Assembly: GCA_964583985.1 (NCBI GenBank)
Contig: CAZOYD010000008.1
Location: 1 to 64,000 of the forward strand
Length of the DNA: 64,000 nucleotides
Direction: 5' to 3'
Source: an uncultured archaeon
Lineage (GTDB): Archaea > Asgardarchaeota > Lokiarchaeia > Sigyniarchaeales > SOKP01
Of this stretch, positions 9,499 through 20,005 are shown one piece after another. How positions within the stretch are numbered: the stretch's first letter is position 1; every line of letters starts with the position of its first letter. A program made the translations under genes and the position numbers. The notes below the pieces were generated by a model. The model saw only the letters and a list, made by a program, of their open reading frames with translations. It made no database searches and had not been told where the DNA came from.

Positions 9499-12120
9499 CT
9501 ATTCTGAATTATTCACTAAAGGTAAACGAACAACAAAAGTAGAACCCTTACCGCGACCTGCAGATTTTGCAGTAATCGTTCCATCATGCAATTCTACTAT
9601 AGCTTTTGTAATGTGCAATCCAAGTCCAGTACTCCCCAAATCCATATCAATTTTATCATCATAAGGAGTTGGTATTTTGGTGAATCTCTTAAAAAGTTTT
9701 TGGATTTCAGTTTTAGTCAATCCTATTCCAGTATCCTCAATTGTTAATTCAATGTAATCTTTCATTTTCTTTAATTTGATTAAGATTTTTCCTTCAATTG
9801 GGGTATATTTTATTGCGTTTGTTAGTAAATTAGTTATTACCAGTTCGATTCTTAAACGATCAACATTAATCCATAACTCATCAGGTAATTCCAGTTTTAT
9901 TTCTTGTTCCCTTTTTATTATGAGATAATTTAATTCTTTCAAACACTCTTTTATTAGTTCAGATAGGTCAGTTTCAGTTTTTTCAAGTTTAACCGTCCGG
10001 GATTCTAATTTAGACACGTCTAATAAGTCATCGACCAGTTTTTTTAATCTTTTTATTCCACTAAAAGCCATCTCAAGCAATTCAAGCACTTCCGCATCAA
10101 ATCTATCCATGTATAAGGTATTTAATAATTGATACGCACCAAATACTGTCGTAATTGGAGTTTTTAATTCATGAGAAGCACGATCTATAAATTCCCGGCG
10201 CATTACATCTAATTCCCTGAGTTTTTCTTCGGCTTCCTTTTTTACAGAGATATCATGACCCATTATTATAATGAAGACTTGATTTCCAATTTTCATTAAC
10301 GATGACTCTATATTAGCCCAAATTATCTTCCCATCTTTCCTTTTAAGCTCAATATCTAAAGGTGGTAATGATTCTCCCTTAGAAATTCTTTTAAGACGTT
10401 CAAGAAGTAGCGGAATGTAGTTTTCTATGACTACTAATATCTTATTATATTTCTTATTAATGATTTCGCTTTTTTCATAACCAATTAATTTTTCTAAAGA
10501 AGAATTACAGTCTATGATCTTTCCCGAATGATCAATAAGTAAAATTGAAAAAGGTGAATTCTGAAATAGAAAGCGATATCTTTCTTCAGAATCTCTGAGA
10601 TTTTCCTCCGCTTCCTTTTTTGCACTTATATCATTGAAAGAGATTAGTAATGCCGGCTTATCTTCAAAAATAATTTTTTTATAATACACATCCATCCAAA
10701 TAATCTTCCCCGATTTATTAACTGCTCTTGCTTCATAAGACCGAATCCCATTGGGAAAGTTTTCATCAGGTAAAGTTGCTAATTCTATAACCCTCTTTTT
10801 ATCATCAGGGTGAATGGTTTTTAAGAATTCTCCCGATCTCCAAGCAATCATTTCTTCTTTGGAATATCCTAATAATTGAACAAGAACATTATTAACATAT
10901 TTGACTTTTTCATCTTGAATTATACTTATGCCCAGTAAGCTTTGTTCAGCAATTGTTCTAAATTTTTCTTCACTTTGTTTTATCTTTTCTTCAGCTTCTC
11001 TTAAATCCGTGATATCATGAAGAATACTACGACCACCTATTATTTTATCTTCATCATATATTGGACTAAGGAAAGCACGCATGTGAATATAAGTACCATC
11101 TTTTTTCTTTAACCTTACAATTTCTGGCTTGACCTGATCACCCTTAAATAACCGATTTAAAATATCTATTATTGCATTTTTCTCGTCTGGATGTAAAAAA
11201 TTAAAAACGGTCAGTCCTCTTTTAAAATCTTCATGGGAATAACCAAAAATTTTTGATGCTATTAAATTTGTATAAGTAAGATTGAAATCTAAATCTACTT
11301 CAAATATTACTTCGGGCAGAGAATTCGTAAGTTCTCTGTATCTTGTCTGGGAATCTTGAAGTTTATTTTCATTCTTTATGCGTTCAGAGACGTCTCTTGA
11401 GACAATCATGCACATAATCTTGCCCGCAGAATCTTTGAAGATTGTTCCATTCGATTCAAACCAAATATATTGTCCATCTTTCTTTTTTATTCTAGCTGTT
11501 ACGACACTTTCTCCAGTTTTTAAGACGTCTTTAAAAGCTTTAACTACCAGTTCTTGATCATCAGGATGAATTAAATATATTGGATTAGAATTTATAAGAT
11601 CTGATTCAAAGTATCCCATTTTTTTCTCATGCACTTTGGCGTTTATATATTTAATCTTAAATCCAGAATCTACAATAGTCAATAGATCAATTGTACTATC
11701 AGTAATATATCGATAGATTTCTTCCGATTCTTTTAACTCTAGTTCTAAATTTTTCAGATGAGTAAAATCTTGAGTGATTACTTGAATTAATTGATCGTCT
11801 CCAACTTGTATAATACTCGCAACAATATTTAACCATAATTTTTTTCCTTCATGTGTTGATATCTGAATATCTTTTGGACCAAAGTTATTGCTCGCGAGCA
11901 CTTCTTTAAGAATATTCTTGATTTCTAGAATATCGTTGTCATATGCGTTAAAAAGATCTGTGAAACGCTTATTATGAATTATATCTCTTTTTATACCATA
12001 GATTTCTTCCGTTTTTGAATTAATTTCGACAATTTCCCCACTTGAATTTAGTATAATTATAGAAAAAGGAGAATCTTTGAAGATTGACTGATAATTTACT
12101 TTAAATGGCTGTGGAGTCAT
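9499..12120 (-). CDS. Soluble histidine kinase with about five PAS domains
   Basis: Repeated SEE(R/K)(Y/F)R-PAS-DI(T/S) units, H-box ASHELKTP, NLLTNAIKY, DTGIG, GLGLHI. No TM segment. Confidence 0.95.
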   Translation of the reverse strand: MTPQPFKVNYQSIFKDSPFSIIILNSSGEIVEINSKTEEIYGIKRDIIHNKRFTDLFNAYDNDILEIKNILKEVLASNNFGPKDIQISTHEGKKLWLNIVASIIQVGDDQLIQVITQDFTHLKNLELELKESEEIYRYITDSTIDLLTIVDSGFKIKYINAKVHEKKMGYFESDLINSNPIYLIHPDDQELVVKAFKDVLKTGESVVTARIKKKDGQYIWFESNGTIFKDSAGKIMCMIVSRDVSERIKNENKLQDSQTRYRELTNSLPEVIFEVDLDFNLTYTNLIASKIFGYSHEDFKRGLTVFNFLHPDEKNAIIDILNRLFKGDQVKPEIVRLKKKDGTYIHMRAFLSPIYDEDKIIGGRSILHDITDLREAEEKIKQSEEKFRTIAEQSLLGISIIQDEKVKYVNNVLVQLLGYSKEEMIAWRSGEFLKTIHPDDKKRVIELATLPDENFPNGIRSYEARAVNKSGKIIWMDVYYKKIIFEDKPALLISFNDISAKKEAEENLRDSEERYRFLFQNSPFSILLIDHSGKIIDCNSSLEKLIGYEKSEIINKKYNKILVVIENYIPLLLERLKRISKGESLPPLDIELKRKDGKIIWANIESSLMKIGNQVFIIIMGHDISVKKEAEEKLRELDVMRREFIDRASHELKTPITTVFGAYQLLNTLYMDRFDAEVLELLEMAFSGIKRLKKLVDDLLDVSKLESRTVKLEKTETDLSELIKECLKELNYLIIKREQEIKLELPDELWINVDRLRIELVITNLLTNAIKYTPIEGKILIKLKKMKDYIELTIEDTGIGLTKTEIQKLFKRFTKIPTPYDDKIDMDLGSTGLGLHITKAIVELHDGTITAKSAGRGKGSTFVVRLPLVNNSE

Positions 12121-12330
12121 CTTAGTTTTATGAAATCATCCTAAATATTCGAGTCAAATTTGACATATAGATAAGAAGAGAATGATTATTTAATTCTTTC
12201 TTAATGCGAATCTCAACCTTTCACGAATACAAAAATTTTTCAAGATATTTATTTTAAAAAAGAAAATAATCAATTCAAGATTAATTCGTAACTTTGTAGA
12301 AAATCCTAATATCCGATAATCAAAAATCGA

Positions 12331-13845
12331 TTAATTATTTATCATTTTTTTTCGATATTCCGAATATTCATATAGTATTTTCAAACATTTAGGGGGAGCA
12401 TCCCAAAAATCAAAAATGGGTATGTCGTAAGACAGAAATTTTTGGAACCAAGAAAATCTATATGGAAAGGGACCGCTAAAAAAAACAGGAATAGAATATT
12501 TTTTCATTAAAAGCTTGATCGGTTTTAAAATGGACCTATCTAACATGAGTCCCATATTTTTCACATTCTCATCAACAGCCATTCCTGACTTTTCAATGGT
12601 TTCTATGACATCATCGAAATCGAAAACACCCCATATGATTATTGAGTCAACTTCACCAGATTTCATCAGCATTTTTGGAAATTTGTAAAAGATGTTTGAA
12701 AAATTAACATCAAAAGTCACATCAATAGGATTGTTAGCGCTTGCGGTAAATGGTATTAATTTTGAAAGCTCGTTCTTTAATTCTTTAGAAAATTCTGGCA
12801 CTTCTAACCCGTATAATTCCGATGATTTCGTCATCATTGAACCTGAACCGCCTGAATCGGTAATTATCCCTACTCGGTTTCCTTTCATGAAGATGTTATA
12901 CTTCTGAGCATAGGACAATGTTCTTAAATAATACAAGAAATCTACTATAGAATTAGTAGAGATTATGCCCACATCTTTAAAAACGGCATCAAATATTTTT
13001 TGATTACCCCCTAAAGAACCCGTATGACTCTTGATAGCTCTATCTGCCGCTTTTGTACCTCCTGTATATATTGCAACTATTGGTTTTTTTGGAGTGATTT
13101 CTTTAGCCAATTTTATGAACTGTCTTCCTCGTTTTATCTCTTCGATATAAAGTCCAATAACATCGGTTTGTGGATCTTCTCTGAAATATTCTAAAAAATC
13201 CACCATATCAATATTTGCTTCATTTCCTACAGAAATCGATTTACTAATCCTGAGTCCCATTTCTTTGGCTTGCCAAAAAGTCTGGGCAGCAATTGTGCCT
13301 GATTGGCTTATTATGGAGATATTTCCACGTTCAGGAATCGCATACGGCCAAAAAGTGTTAATATACGCAGATTTTTTCTCCGGGTATCCATACCATGCAT
13401 TATAAATTCCAAGACAGTTAGGTCCGACGAATCTCATGTTGTATTTTTTAGCAATTTCATCAATTTTTGTGGATAATTCCATTCCTTCCTTTCCAATCTC
13501 TCTAAATCCACCGGAAGTTATTAATAAATTTTTTATTCCTTTTTGACCGCATTCTTCCATAACTTGAGGGACAACTCTCGTTGGTAGTATAAGAAATGCG
13601 AGATCGGGGATAACTGGTAAATCTGATACTGATTTGTAAGCTTGAAATCCTTGAATTTTGTTTAATCGGGGATGAATAGGATATATCTCATCAACTCCTC
13701 CTCCAGCAATGATGTTTCGAAGTTGCATGGATCCCATCGTGCTCAATAAATTGTTATTTGCACCAAATACAGCTATACTTTTGGGATTTAAGAAAGGATG
13801 AAGATAATGATCTTTAAATGGTTCCATCTTATTAATATCTGTCAA
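12331..13845 (-). CDS. ADP-forming acyl-CoA synthetase alpha subunit (CoA-binding and ligase domains)
   Basis: NPKSIAVFGA, GGFRE, VGPNCLG, SQSG, GNEA, phospho-His SHTGS, NPIDVT. No ATP-grasp domain. Confidence 0.9.
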   Translation of the reverse strand: MTDINKMEPFKDHYLHPFLNPKSIAVFGANNNLLSTMGSMQLRNIIAGGGVDEIYPIHPRLNKIQGFQAYKSVSDLPVIPDLAFLILPTRVVPQVMEECGQKGIKNLLITSGGFREIGKEGMELSTKIDEIAKKYNMRFVGPNCLGIYNAWYGYPEKKSAYINTFWPYAIPERGNISIISQSGTIAAQTFWQAKEMGLRISKSISVGNEANIDMVDFLEYFREDPQTDVIGLYIEEIKRGRQFIKLAKEITPKKPIVAIYTGGTKAADRAIKSHTGSLGGNQKIFDAVFKDVGIISTNSIVDFLYYLRTLSYAQKYNIFMKGNRVGIITDSGGSGSMMTKSSELYGLEVPEFSKELKNELSKLIPFTASANNPIDVTFDVNFSNIFYKFPKMLMKSGEVDSIIIWGVFDFDDVIETIEKSGMAVDENVKNMGLMLDRSILKPIKLLMKKYSIPVFFSGPFPYRFSWFQKFLSYDIPIFDFWDAPPKCLKILYEYSEYRKKMINN

Positions 13846-13965
13846 GATTAGACAACAATGTGAGATTTTTCAATATAACTAGTTAATTTTGATAATTAAT
13901 CTTAAAATATAGGTTTTACATAAAAACTGATTTCAAAACCAAATAAAAGTCCATACAGTGTTAAA

Positions 13966-14178
13966 TTATAAAACTTCATTTGGCTTGATTTTCGCAGAAT
14001 AACTTGGAATTACTCCCTCATAACGTACAATTTGTTTTTCCTTAAACTTTTTCAAAATAAGCCTAACTCCTTCAAACTCTTCTTGGCATAGGGTTTGTAA
14101 TTCCTTATAATCAAGTTCCCCACCATTTTCTTTCAATTGATCGATAATGAATTTTTCTTCTACTGAAAATTCAACCAT
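13966..14178 (-). CDS. Small winged-helix-like hypothetical protein
   Basis: FIIDQLKENGGELDYKELQ...VRLILKKFKEKQIV. Probable ATG at 14178, downstream of dut. Confidence 0.65.
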   Translation of the reverse strand: MVEFSVEEKFIIDQLKENGGELDYKELQTLCQEEFEGVRLILKKFKEKQIVRYEGVIPSYSAKIKPNEVL

Positions 14179-14218
14179 GATAATAGTTCGAATTCCAAGC
14201 ATTTAAGTTTAAAGGTGA

Positions 14219-14737
14219 TTATTTTTTTCCCGTCGAACCAAATCCACCCAACCCTCTTTCAGATTCTGGCAATTCATCGACTTCATCGACATCATACTGA
14301 TGCATTTTGGATAAAATGATTTGGCAGATTCGATCTCCTTCATGGAGAACCACGTCATTATTGGATAGATTGACAACAATAGCCATCCATTCATTTCGGT
14401 ATCCTGAGTCTATTGTTCCCGGGCTATTCACTATGCTTATTCCGTCCCATAGTGCTAACCCACTTCGTGGAACTACTTGAAAATAATAATTTTCAGGAAT
14501 TGCGGTCGCAAATCCCAATGGGCAACCAATTCGCTCTAAAGGTTTAAGGATGTAAGAATCAGCGTCTACATCGATTAATTTTTTCTCTTCGTTATTCTTA
14601 GATATCTTTTTAAAACCCATAATTCGAGCATCCGCTCCCGCATCACCAGGCTTTGAAGGTCGAGGAAGAATTGTGCCTTCTCTCACCTTTTTAAAGGGAA
14701 TGACAAGCTTTTGCGATTGTTTTTGATCCTTCACCAT
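14219..14737 (-). CDS. dut: Trimeric dUTP diphosphatase
   Basis: Motifs AGAD, PRSGLA, NSPGTIDSGYR, GDRICQ, ERGLGGFGSTG. Confidence 0.95.
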   Translation of the reverse strand: MVKDQKQSQKLVIPFKKVREGTILPRPSKPGDAGADARIMGFKKISKNNEEKKLIDVDADSYILKPLERIGCPLGFATAIPENYYFQVVPRSGLALWDGISIVNSPGTIDSGYRNEWMAIVVNLSNNDVVLHEGDRICQIILSKMHQYDVDEVDELPESERGLGGFGSTGKK

Positions 14738-14893
14738 GTTTTATCAAGCATTTAATATAACTGATTTTAATAAAGATTTGTTATTAAAGATTAATTAAAA
14801 TATGGGGAGAAAAAGATTATAAAATCATAAAGCATTTTAGAATCATAGATTTTTGATCAGAATAGAAATAAGTTCAAATAGGGTGGCTATAAA

Positions 14894-15349
14894 TTGCTTG
14901 TTATTGATAGGTATGATCCTCGCTTGGATAAAGAGGAGTTAAAGGAGATTTTTGAAGATTTTATTGAAAATAAGTCGTATTTCTTTTCTCATTGGAAAAA
15001 GTTTGAGGAGGAGCTGAATCGACGGGCATTGGATTTGCAGTATCGAAATTCGATGATAGTTGCTAAAGAAGGTGGAAAAATTGTAGGGTGGGGAACCTAT
15101 ACGAAATTTCGAGATTATTTAGGTAATGATCGAGCCTTAATCCATCAAGTAATGACAAGAAAAGATGATGCTTACAAGAAAGGAATAGAGGAAAAGGTTC
15201 TGCGCGAATTGCAATTATATGTCAAGAAAACTGTTAAACTTGATAAAGCATACTATATTTGCCCAGATTCTGATGGTGCGTTAAGGAGTATATTTATGAA
15301 GCTGGGCGTGAAAAAATCTAAGTTCATTTGGTATGAAGGAGATTCTTAA
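14894..15349 (+). CDS. GNAT-fold protein
   Basis: MIVAKEGGKIVGWG, ALIHQVM...YKKGIEEKVL (degenerate motif A), FMKLG. Confidence 0.6.
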   Translation: MLVIDRYDPRLDKEELKEIFEDFIENKSYFFSHWKKFEEELNRRALDLQYRNSMIVAKEGGKIVGWGTYTKFRDYLGNDRALIHQVMTRKDDAYKKGIEEKVLRELQLYVKKTVKLDKAYYICPDSDGALRSIFMKLGVKKSKFIWYEGDS

Positions 15350-15383
15350 ATAAGTTATTATAATTAATGAATAGGGCAGATAC

Positions 15384-16118
15384 TTGGAGAATTTAGACGA
15401 TATTTTCCTTGAGGTTGAAGAACTAAAGGAAAATGAAAATTATGAAGCCGCAATAGAAATTTTAGAGGAATCATACGAAAGACTTCCAGGCTCAGAAGAA
15501 GTCAAGAATGTCCTCATAAAAACCCTTTTTGAATATGGATGCTACCTAAGTGATGATTTTAATTCAAGATTTGAAGAATCGATAGGTTATTTTAAAAGAA
15601 TAATAGAGATTGATCCAGATAACTATCGCGCATATTATAATCGAGGAATTTCTTACTTTAGTATTGATTGTCTTGAGGAAGCCTTAAAAGATTATAAAGC
15701 TGCGCTTGAAATAAAGCCGGATTATGCCTATTGCTATTATAATATTGGGTTGATATATGAAGCAAAAGGTGATTTAAAAAGAGCTTTAGAAAATCATCAA
15801 AATGCCTTGAAAATAGATCCCCAATTTAGATATGCTCAGCAAGCAGTCAAGGATGTTAGAGAACAAATAGAACAAGATGCAGAATTTAGAAATCCTGAAA
15901 AAGTTAATGAAGAAATAGAACAGCTAAAATCTTTATTCAAAATTTCAAAACGAGTTAAAATAGATTTAATACAAGAAATCTTAAAAATCTCAAAATCAGA
16001 ATTAATTAAAATGATGATAACTTGGAGTGAAAGATACCAATTTGTTTTAGACGGTGATTATTTAGAAATCAATAAAGGTAATTTATCTGGCTTCTTAGAT
16101 AATCTTGATAAAATGTAA
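15384..16118 (+). CDS. TPR protein with C-terminal PCI-like winged-helix domain
   Basis: TPRs (IDPDNYRAYYNRG, IKPDYAYCYYNIG, IDPQFRYA). C-terminal SKRVKIDLIQEILKIS...LDGDYL. Confidence 0.8.
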   Translation: MENLDDIFLEVEELKENENYEAAIEILEESYERLPGSEEVKNVLIKTLFEYGCYLSDDFNSRFEESIGYFKRIIEIDPDNYRAYYNRGISYFSIDCLEEALKDYKAALEIKPDYAYCYYNIGLIYEAKGDLKRALENHQNALKIDPQFRYAQQAVKDVREQIEQDAEFRNPEKVNEEIEQLKSLFKISKRVKIDLIQEILKISKSELIKMMITWSERYQFVLDGDYLEINKGNLSGFLDNLDKM

Positions 16119-16152
16119 TCACATTGAATTCATAATTAATATTGATCTTTCA

Positions 16153-16257
16153 TTACTTTCTAAGGAGTTTATTGTGAATGATGCACGCAACAACCAATAT
16201 GAGAAGAAAAATAGCCCCACCAATGATATATGTCGAATATTGTTCGAGAAAATCCAT
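16153..16257 (-). CDS. Small single-pass membrane protein (34 aa), not in ORF track
   Basis: ATG...TAA encodes MDFLEQYSTYIIGGAIFLLILVVACIIHNKLLRK: acidic N-terminus, one TM helix, basic C-terminus. Confidence 0.55.
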   Translation of the reverse strand: MDFLEQYSTYIIGGAIFLLILVVACIIHNKLLRK

Positions 16258-16412
16258 AATTCAAGTCATTTATTTGTGAAAATAGTTGTGAAGAATATAG
16301 AAAATACTCACTTTTAAAATTAAACATGATAATATATCAACTTTCGGAAAATTAAATTATAAAATAAAACAAGAGAAAAGAAAATAAAAAAAAAGTTAAG
16401 ATATAAAGAGAT

Positions 16413-16619
16413 TTAGCGCTCTATCTGAAAATTAACTTGTATTCGAACGCGATAGATTAATTTATTCTGATCCTCTTTAACCTTCACGTCGCTTTCGATG
16501 ATTTGAATATTCCTAATGCCACGAAGAGTCTTTTTAGCCTCCTCATAACCAACACGGACCGCATCAGCCCAATTTTTCTCCGAGCTGGCTACAAGCTGAA
16601 TTGATTTATATACTGTCAT
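16413..16619 (-). CDS. Dodecin (flavin-binding)
   Basis: MTVYKSIQLVASSEKNWADAV...KTLRGI...YRVRIQVNF. ATG at 16619. Confidence 0.9.
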   Translation of the reverse strand: MTVYKSIQLVASSEKNWADAVRVGYEEAKKTLRGIRNIQIIESDVKVKEDQNKLIYRVRIQVNFQIER

Positions 16620-16831
16620 GATAATTTCCTTTTTTTCCATATAAATTTGTGATTGAACTTGGTAAGTAATTGTTGATACAGTTTACTATTTAAATATTAC
16701 GTAGATAAATCATTTATCCTCAATAATTTGATGTCTTGGGAGTAATAAATCTCAAAAGTATTATAATAATTCGTAATTGATTAAAAAAAAATAATAATAA
16801 AAAATAAAAGAAAAAAAAGTTGAAGCTTGTG

Positions 16832-19297
16832 TTAATCAAGCAATTTTGAGATTTTTTTATTTATAATGATGGTTAATACTAAGATTGATAACCCGGCATA
16901 AAGAAGAAAGAAATCACCGAATGGAATTTCATTTGTTGTTTCATTCGAATTAACTGTTATCATTATGGTATCGCTATTTGAATTGCCTGCTTTATCATAA
17001 ACCGTACAAGTATAATTATAGGTTCCGGCAGTCAATCCATCAATATCTATGATGATACCATTTCCATCCCAAGTGGTATCTTTTAGAACGGTGGTATCTC
17101 TTGTCACTTTGTATCGATCAGGATTAATATCATTCACGTTCCAAACTATAGTATGACCTGTAGTTGCTTCAAAATAACTTACATCGTCAGGTTGATCTAT
17201 TAATGGAGCAGTTGTATCAATTGTTAACGAGTAAATGCTTGAAAAAGGACCAACATTACCTGTGCAATCAAAAGCTTGAACCCTCCAATACCATTTCCCC
17301 TCATCTATAGGTGATGTAATTGTATAGCTCGTAAAAAGTATCCCGCTATAATTGATAAGGTCTCCAGAAGAAAATGAATTTAACGTATCTAATTGTAAAG
17401 TATAATTGAAAGCATCAAGGGCTTGACTCCAAGTAAATGTAGGTGTTGATATTGCGATATGTGAATTATCTACTGGAGCAGTTAATGAAGATATTCCCGG
17501 AGGCGCGTCTATTTGAAAACTCTTGATACTTGAAAAAATACCTATATCTCCTTCTGCATCTATTGCTACCACTCTCCAATACCAAACATCATCTTGAAGT
17601 TCAGAAGTAAGCGTATAATGGTTAGTTATTGAGTCGAAATTGAGAAGAGTAGGCGATGAAAAAGAACTTGAATTATCTATTTGAAGAGTATATGAAATGG
17701 CACCTGTAATCGTACTCCACTCAAAGTAAGGAGTGCGATCATGAATTAGAGATTCATTTAACGGCAGGAGTAAATTTACCGCATTGAGTATTATTCTGTA
17801 TGTTATACTTATGGAAAATACCATCGGACTTACAAATGGATCGCTCGTTGATAAAATCGCTTTCCATCTTAACTCGGAATCGATATTCATAAAAGAATGG
17901 CTAATATCTAAATATACTTGTTCCCAATGGGTCCCATTATCTGCTGAAAGGTAATATAAGACATCCGTGGAAACCGGAAGGTCAACATTGGCAGATATTG
18001 TTGCATTATCGATAGATTTAGTTACTTCTGAATATATGATAGTCGATTGAGCGATTGCTTCGGACTCATACATATTAATCAAACTAATATCGATAATGAA
18101 AAACTGGCTCCCAATCATGTAGCCATAAGTACCCACTGCCGCGATTCCATGAATTCCACCCCAATAACCTCCATATATATATTCATAATCGAAAGGCGAA
18201 GAATAAGTATATATTAAATTGGCATTACTGGGATCGCTCACATCATATACATCAAAATACCCCGCAAAAGTATCCGTTTCAACTTCCAAACTATAGCCAA
18301 GATACGCGTACTCATCCGTCACTGATATGCTAGTTATGCTATGAGTTAGAACATCTGAAGAATAAACAACAAAAGGAGAAAGAGGATCCGAGATATTTAA
18401 AATCTTAAATCTATTACTATCAGTACTATAATATTCTTGATAGTAAATCAAATCCTCTAATAAAAACATCTTAGCTAAATATCCCGGAGTATACGTATTA
18501 ATAGGAGTTGGATTAGCTGCATCACTGATATCTATCATAATGAGCTCTCCAAATGATCCATACGCAATATCATCTTGAATAAATAGATCTCCAATTCTCG
18601 TATTTATCATTGAATGATCTGGAGTAGGTTTATAACCTCCAATTTGAATGACACTATTGGGTTCGCTAAAGTATATCGACACCAATCCATGAAAATCATC
18701 CCATAGGTATACATTCCAATAATCTCCTGATTCACTTGGCACTGCCCATACGTGATATGGATAACGATTATCTTGTAATGTATCGTCAACGTAATAATCA
18801 AATAGGGAGTTTACGAATACTATATTATTTGGATCACTCACATCATAAATCACTAACCCTTGGTGATAAATCGAAGCGAAAAGATAGCCACCATCGACAT
18901 ATATATTATTAATTAGATATGGAATTGATGTATCATTTCCAATTAATTCAGGTAAGGAGGGGTTGCTAACGTTATAAATGTATATCTTGTTCCAACCTCC
19001 TATGTATACAATATCTCCAATGATAAAGAGATCATCTCCATTGACATCTGTTCTATTGAGAGTAATATTTTTATCCGGAAGTGTAATGTTACTTAAGCCC
19101 CAACCATAAACTGTCGTTTCAGTTTCATCCATGTATGTTGTTGACACAAAAGTTTCGGAAAACATATTTGTAGAGGAATCATGTAAAGAGTTTATTGGGT
19201 AAAAGGAGTCCTGATCAATAACTTTCCAAGAACATGCTAAAATCAATATTAAAATAGTTAAGGATAAAATAATTTTGCTTTTTATACTATTATTCAT
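16832..19297 (-). CDS. Secreted surface protein with LVIVD-like beta-propeller repeats, Ig/FN3-like domains and C-terminal anchor
   Basis: Signal peptide. Repeats YNVSNPSLP, YDVSDPNN, IDISDAANP, LNISDPLSP, YDVSDPSNA. Two WYWRV FN3-like units. IPFG motif, TM and KK tail. Confidence 0.85.
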   Translation of the reverse strand: MNNSIKSKIILSLTILILILACSWKVIDQDSFYPINSLHDSSTNMFSETFVSTTYMDETETTVYGWGLSNITLPDKNITLNRTDVNGDDLFIIGDIVYIGGWNKIYIYNVSNPSLPELIGNDTSIPYLINNIYVDGGYLFASIYHQGLVIYDVSDPNNIVFVNSLFDYYVDDTLQDNRYPYHVWAVPSESGDYWNVYLWDDFHGLVSIYFSEPNSVIQIGGYKPTPDHSMINTRIGDLFIQDDIAYGSFGELIMIDISDAANPTPINTYTPGYLAKMFLLEDLIYYQEYYSTDSNRFKILNISDPLSPFVVYSSDVLTHSITSISVTDEYAYLGYSLEVETDTFAGYFDVYDVSDPSNANLIYTYSSPFDYEYIYGGYWGGIHGIAAVGTYGYMIGSQFFIIDISLINMYESEAIAQSTIIYSEVTKSIDNATISANVDLPVSTDVLYYLSADNGTHWEQVYLDISHSFMNIDSELRWKAILSTSDPFVSPMVFSISITYRIILNAVNLLLPLNESLIHDRTPYFEWSTITGAISYTLQIDNSSSFSSPTLLNFDSITNHYTLTSELQDDVWYWRVVAIDAEGDIGIFSSIKSFQIDAPPGISSLTAPVDNSHIAISTPTFTWSQALDAFNYTLQLDTLNSFSSGDLINYSGILFTSYTITSPIDEGKWYWRVQAFDCTGNVGPFSSIYSLTIDTTAPLIDQPDDVSYFEATTGHTIVWNVNDINPDRYKVTRDTTVLKDTTWDGNGIIIDIDGLTAGTYNYTCTVYDKAGNSNSDTIMITVNSNETTNEIPFGDFFLLYAGLSILVLTIIINKKISKLLD

Positions 19298-19637
19298 TGA
19301 ATTTCACCAAATTTGTAAAATTTTTTATCACTGTCTTATAACTGATGACATATGTATATTAAAAAATGAGTTATAATAATATAAATCCAAAAGGACCAAA
19401 TTTTTACAATTATATTCCAAAGTATGAAACTAAAAATAAGGAAAAGAATTATATATTATGTGTAAAAAGGACTAAATGAGAAATGATGCAACCTCTTTCT
19501 TTTCTCCCATAAATTAGTTCATTCGGACAGTCTGCTCCTCTTGAATTCTCAAAGATGTTATAGTTATTCCAAAAAAATTAAAAGGTATTAAAAAAAGAAA
19601 ATAGGATGTTTTAATCCTATTACGTACAATTAATTAT

Positions 19638-19910
19638 TTATGCATTTGGATTTTCCAATAAAATGGCTACTCCTTGTCCGCCACCGATACGTGCGTTCGC
19701 TATTCCATATTTTCCTTTCTTATCATTCATTATACGCGCAAGTGTACCTGTTAATCTAACCATTGTAGATCCTAAAGGATGCCCAATGGTGGTAGAACCA
19801 CCCATTACATTTACTTTATTCTCAGGAATCTTAAAATGCTTTATGCAATTTAGAGCAACGATGCAAAAAGCTTCATTAATTTCCCAGAAATCAATTTCAT
19901 CAGCGGATAA
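19638..19910 (-). pseudogene. Thiolase C-terminal fragment (paralogue remnant)
   Basis: Minus strand reads LSADEIDFWEINEAFCIVALNC...GHPLGSTMVRLTGTLARI...ANARIGGGQGVAILLENPNA*. No start codon, in-frame stop at 19917-19919, catalytic Cys replaced by Arg. Confidence 0.92.
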
Positions 19911-20005
19911 TAAATATTACGCAGATAAATCTAATCTGAAATAAATTGTGTGTGTGTTTTTAGAAAAAAAATTGAAAAAAGATTTAGGAAATTTTAAAAG
20001 GGTAA

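Noticed and set aside
16105-16317. 70-aa plus-strand ORF
   Set aside because: TTG start overlapping the TPR gene, no motif, and antisense to a more plausible TM microprotein.
19663-19944. 93-aa plus-strand ORF
   Set aside because: Antisense shadow of the thiolase pseudogene.
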